Below, one piece after another: positions 54,940 through 64,000 of a stretch of 64,000 nt of DNA. Within the stretch, counting starts at the first letter, position 1; each line of letters starts with the position of its first letter. The stretch is from Eledone cirrhosa. Its lineage: Eukaryota. The position numbers were made by a program, and so were the translations under genes. The notes beneath the pieces were generated by a model. The model made no database searches. It was not told where the DNA came from and worked only from the letters and a program-made list of their open reading frames with translations. The stretch covers positions 318,866,001 to 318,930,000 of the forward strand of contig OZ024743.1 of NCBI GenBank assembly GCA_964016885.1, in the 5' to 3' direction.

Positions 54940-55160
54940 AATAAAATAGTAAATTAGTAACTACATGAATAAAATACTATAAAATAAATAAAAAAAACAC
55001 TACAAATATTTAATAACAGAAAAGGAAGGGTAAGGCAAGTGCTCTAGGGGCAGAAACGAATGAGAGGGGGAAGGGTGGGTATTGGTCTCTGGGCCTCGGG
55101 TGCGGCGGTGTTGGTGCTGCGCCCCGCGGACAAGACTGCTGAAACATTTCCACCGGAATT
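54940..55160 (-). mobile_element. CRE-related 3' fragment
   Basis: GNVSAVLS plus gaggcccagagaccaat, similar to 26650-26760. Confidence 0.6.
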
Positions 55161-55167
55161 CAATTTC

Positions 55168-55237
<70 letters not shown>

Positions 55238-56160
55238 GCGCACACACAAACACACAAACACACACACACACAAACACACACACTAAGTGTCCATTCTTTT
55301 CTAAGTTTAAGCAATTTTTTCTTTCGATTGATGGACTGGCAGACTCATTAAAGCGTCGAGTAAAATACTTTGTGACATTTAGTTACGCCTTTTTTACTCT
55401 CTGAGTTTAAATTCAACAGAGATAACTTTTCCTTTCATTTTTACGGAGTCGATAACAAAGCAGCAGTCAAATACTGAAGTTGGTTTAATAAACTCTACCC
55501 TTCCCTGAACTTATTGGTCTAACAATTTAGAAAAGGAATAATCGTAGTAGGGGGCCGAAGGAATATAATTTAAATAACAGGGGTCATGGAGAGTGAACAG
55601 GTAGGAAATCCTGGTCTACATGCTTCCATATTTGACGCGAAAATAAAACAAACAAACAAATACTAAATGCAAAAGAGCTTAAGAATCACATACAAGCACA
55701 TAAGTGAAGTTTCAGGAAAATTATCAACTACTTTTAAATACGACAGCCTCTCTAGTGATGATGTCACAATAAAATGTACCTTATGCGTTCTGTAGAATGC
55801 AGGAACGTGAGATGCACCTCCCGAAGTCAGTGGCCCCGCCCCGATTGAGTAGTGACTTGGTCTGTAACGACCTGTCCAACCCTTATTAGTATGGAAAACA
55901 GATATTAAATGATGCTAATGATGATGATGACACATCCATCTGCATATATACATCTAAATGCAAATGAAAACACATAATGTATGAATATATATGGCGAACC
56001 AATGAGTTGGCGTATTTCAATACGCTAATGAAACGCGCGTATTCGCGTTATGTAATTATTACAGTGATATGATCTAATAGTATATATATAGGGCGGTGCC
56101 CCAGCATGGCCTCAGCCGGATGGCTGAAACAGGTAAAAGAGTAAAAGAGTATATATATAT

Positions 56161-56200
<40 letters not shown>

Positions 56201-56281
56201 TACGTTATTCCAGGTTGAATCGGAGGTAACCACAGTAAGTAAGGTACTCAATACATAGCAGAGTATAAAAGTTTATAAAAG

Positions 56282-56312
<31 letters not shown>

Positions 56313-56869
56313 CTATTTGTGCGTGTGTATATGTGTGAGTGTACATATGAGTGTGTATACGTGCGTGTGTGTGAGTGAGTGTGTGTGTATGTGTAGGTAT
56401 ATGTTTATGTAAACACATATAAGCGCCACTATTTACATATGTTTATATCTGTGTAAGGATGTGTAAACATATCAGTCTTGGTAGACGTAATCCCACGTAT
56501 ACAGGCAAAGAAGCTCACAGCGTATATAAATCTACAGCCATTATCACACACCTACTCACTTACACGCACACACCCACACAGAAAGTCACACATACATATA
56601 CGATTATGTGTATATACATATATATAATTATATAAACACACACATATACAAACGTACAATATCAATGTATGTATATATAAATATATGTATATGAATATAT
56701 GTATGTATATATGTATTCATATATATTTATATAATATATATATATATACATATGCTTTTATATATATATATATACATGATTTTATAAATGTATGCATATG
56801 ATTTTATATATATATATATATACACAACATATACATACATATATACATAGATACATACATACTCGGTTA

Positions 56870-57075
56870 GCTTTCCCCTGTGTTGTTTACTTGTCTCACT
56901 CGCTTTACGCGTTTCAATTGTCCTAATAACTTATTTTAGTTATTATAGCACCAACGTGAGGTATATGATTTTTAATGCGATGAAATACCAATGATCGTTG
57001 GCAAATCACTGATGAGGGACTCATTTTATAACATGTAATCCATGTGCAACCATGCAGTATTCTTCTCCCCATATT

Positions 57076-57080
<5 letters not shown>
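56870..57080 (+). mobile_element. Penelope-like remnant with a degenerate hammerhead (CTGATGA at 57009)
   Basis: Homologous to 61640-61830. Confidence 0.6.
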
Positions 57081-57106
<26 letters not shown>

Positions 57107-57184
57107 AGCGTGTGTAAGATTAAAAAAATAGAAGTCAAGCAGTAGAAATGGATAAAGAAAGAGAAGATATGTGGTTATTGATAT

Positions 57185-57370
57185 ATTTGTTTCTACTTTT
57201 TGCACAAGGCCAGCAATTACCCAGTGTATTACTGGTACTTTATTTTATCGACCCCGTAAGGATGAAAGGCAAAGTTAACCTCGGCGGGATTTGAACTCAG
57301 AATGGCAAGGGCTGTAACTCTATGCGCCAAAGCATGGCGTCCGACCCTCTACCTATACTGCCAATCCACC
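57185..57370 (-). mobile_element. Meta-like SINE, complete
   Basis: Family motifs including the tRNA head. Confidence 0.85.
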
Positions 57371-57879
57371 GGATATATTGAAGATATATCTGTAGTATAT
57401 GTGTATTTAACATCTATAGTTACAAGTATTAATAACATCTTCACTATATATATCTCGCAGTTGTTGCTTTTTCTTAGCATAAAGTACAGTTGTTACCATT
57501 GTATATGCTACACTAAAACGGCCTTCTTTTCTAGTTTATTTACAGTTGTATAAGATACAGATGCTATATCAAGACTAGAAAATACGGCACTAGATGTTGC
57601 TACGTACATTAAGCACGAATCTGCATGATTTGTCTTACCGTTAGAATTCGTAACTGTTACAGTTGGTTCATCACACAGGTACATGTTGCTACTGCTGCGG
57701 TTATTACTGCTGCTGGTTATTGATGTTGCTGTTGCTGCTATTCCTGATACTGTTGCTGCTGCTACTGCTGATTTTGGTGTTTTTTTTTTGTTTAGTCCCA
57801 TGAGAGCTCTGAATGGACTGTACTCATGAATAAAAAAACCTGCTCTGTCACACACTATATCACGCTTGAAGCTCCCTGC

Positions 57880-57926
<47 letters not shown>

Positions 57927-58480
57927 AATTGTTTGTTAAAATAATCAAATTAAATTAATTCAACAGTTAAACACACATAGGAATAATAAGGTTGTTACCA
58001 AAGAGCCAGACGATTGACAAGTCGACCCTAAATATGAGTAATAGCTCTAGGAAGGCCATAAACGACACCAAAACATTTTAACTTTGATTTTGAAAGTAGG
58101 TTTATAATTATTAATTTTCGTTATACTTTTGTAGCTGTCTTGGAGGCCTAGTTGGAGAAATCATAGACGGCGGTGATCTTGGTCTGAAGTGCGATCCTCA
58201 TTGGGAGTAGGGTTCCCGGTAAACCTTTGAAGTTTTTTTCTCTGGGATGTAAAATAAAAAACTGAAAAAGATCATATGTACCTCTAGATCAGGATTAAAC
58301 CCAAGACCGGGATCTGCACCGTCTTTAGCACCTACCGTTAATCCACTGAGACAACTACGTAATTCTTATGAAAATTCATACTTATGAACCTAATTTCAAA
58401 ATTTTCAAAACAAAATGATGTGCTATCGTTCATAACTTTCTTAATGTTATTGCTCCTACTTAAGGTCGACTTCTAAATCA

Positions 58481-58564
<84 letters not shown>

Positions 58565-59255
58565 TGCATATGTCCCGTAAGCAGTTCGACAAAATAAGTA
58601 CCATTGATAAAGGACATGCGCTGGAGTTGATATGATAGATTAATTTCCTTCAAGGCTCAGTCTATGACCCAAACTAGTTAAAGAATAAAACTTAAAAACA
58701 ATATAAGAATAATTTAGTTTTGAAGCAAAATGTGTGTTATTTTCAAATAAAACGAATTATATTATATCATCTACTGACCTTGTATATTAAAATAATTAAA
58801 CATGAATTTAATCTTATTAAATGATTTAATTATATAAACATAAAAGAAAAGCAATATGCTGAGAATATCTTTTGAGTTACAAGCTGAATACTTTAGTTTC
58901 AACTCGGTTTCCTCTGAGAACAAATTTCATTCGTTTCAATTTAGCCTTTCATCGCTCATGGGATAAATACAGAATTAAGTGATTTGTTAGCACTATAGAG
59001 TGACTTACAAAGAAAGATTCAATCAACTTTGTATGGCAGCAGTATTGTAACAACTGATCTGTGTGCAGAATCTAGTCTAAGCCTAGTCTAAAATCTGTCT
59101 TAAGCCAAGAGGCTAGCCAGGCCGGTGCTTATCCCGGTTTCGTGATGTGAAGCGACTGAGAGTAGAAGACTTGTCCCTATAAAGGACGCCAGTCCATCGC
59201 AGGGTTAAACCCCCAGTTATTGCTGGTACTCATTTTAGCTGAGTATACTGGAACA

Positions 59256-62189
<2,934 letters not shown>

Positions 62190-62191
<2 letters not shown>

Positions 62192-62444
62192 AGTAAGAGA
62201 GAAACAGACAAACGCAGCCGAGGTAAATATATATAAAAAACACGAGAAGAAAGAAGAATACTGCGTGGTTTGGACATGGGTTACATATGATAAAAATAGT
62301 CCTTCGTCAGTGATTTTCCAACCATCATTGGTATTTCATCGCATTAAAAATCAGATATCTCAGGTTGGTGCGAGCAATAACTAAAAACGTTATTGGGACC
62401 AGAATTCGCGTAAGGCGAGGGGGACAACATAGAAGGATAAAAAC
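62190..62444. repeat. Third, direct copy of 59564-59818, followed by a (TA)n array to ~63775
   Basis: Sequence match with GC microhomology at the junction. Confidence 0.92.
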
Positions 62445-62482
<38 letters not shown>

Positions 62483-62635
62483 GTATATATATATATGTAT
62501 ATATATATATGTATATATATATATGTATATATATATATGTATATATATATATGTATATATATGTATATATATATATGTATATATATGTATATATATATAT
62601 GTATATATATGTATATATATATATGTATATATATG

Positions 62636-63170
<535 letters not shown>

Positions 63171-63179
63171 GTATATATG

Positions 63180-63210
<31 letters not shown>

Positions 63211-63220
63211 ACATATATAC

Positions 63221-63296
<76 letters not shown>

Positions 63297-63301
63297 ATAT
63301 T

Positions 63302-63380
<79 letters not shown>

Positions 63381-63391
63381 GTATATATATG

Positions 63392-63565
<174 letters not shown>

Positions 63566-63575
63566 GTATATATAT

Positions 63576-63677
<102 letters not shown>

Positions 63678-63702
63678 GTATATATATATATATATGTATA
63701 TG

Positions 63703-63772
<70 letters not shown>

Positions 63773-63836
63773 CATTTTTGAAAAATGGCGTAGGATAGAA
63801 GAAAGGAAAGGCACAGAAACGAAGAAAGAAATCCCC

Positions 63837-63881
63837 AGTCACTGAAGAGGTCACAGAGTGTGTGACGAAAGAACTATGACT
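63837..63881 (+). ncRNA. Type I hammerhead ribozyme with a canonical core
   Basis: agtca-CTGAAGA-g-GTCACA(gagtg)TGTGAC-GAAA-g-aa-CTA-tgact: 5-bp stem I, 6-bp stem II, short stem III, CUA cleavage triplet. Confidence 0.8.
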
Positions 63882-64000
63882 ATATATATATAAACAACTA
63901 TCTGGTTGTGGAACCAACCAACCAACCAGAAATTTATAAATTTGTAAATTTATAAATATATAATAAATTAAATTGAAGTGAAAGCAACTGGTGCGTGTGT

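Overview
Repeat-saturated, AT-rich eukaryotic DNA. The SINE families and microsatellite density suggest an octopus/cephalopod genome (inference). Nearly all long ORFs in the track are (TA)n/(CA)n/(CATA)n translation artefacts. One real host exon is visible: a minus-strand first coding exon (10038-10479) encoding a signal peptide plus an NtA/neuregulin-Vein-type N-terminal domain, ending in a canonical phase-1 donor. The rest is mobile DNA: a near full-length Tx1/L1 LINE sitting in (TATC)n; three R4/Dong-type RLE retrotransposon fragments stacked in (CATA)n; CRE and RTE fragments; a bipartite RTE-derived SINE; a dead mariner; pogo-type MITEs; a tandem non-autonomous Helitron array; and many tRNA-derived SINEs. 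Several Penelope-like remnants lie in (TA)n, carry minimal hammerhead ribozymes and repeatedly form fold-back (inverted) structures. A 2.9 kb palindrome with an inverted triplication lies near the right end. Coordinates were read by eye and ends may be off by a few bases.
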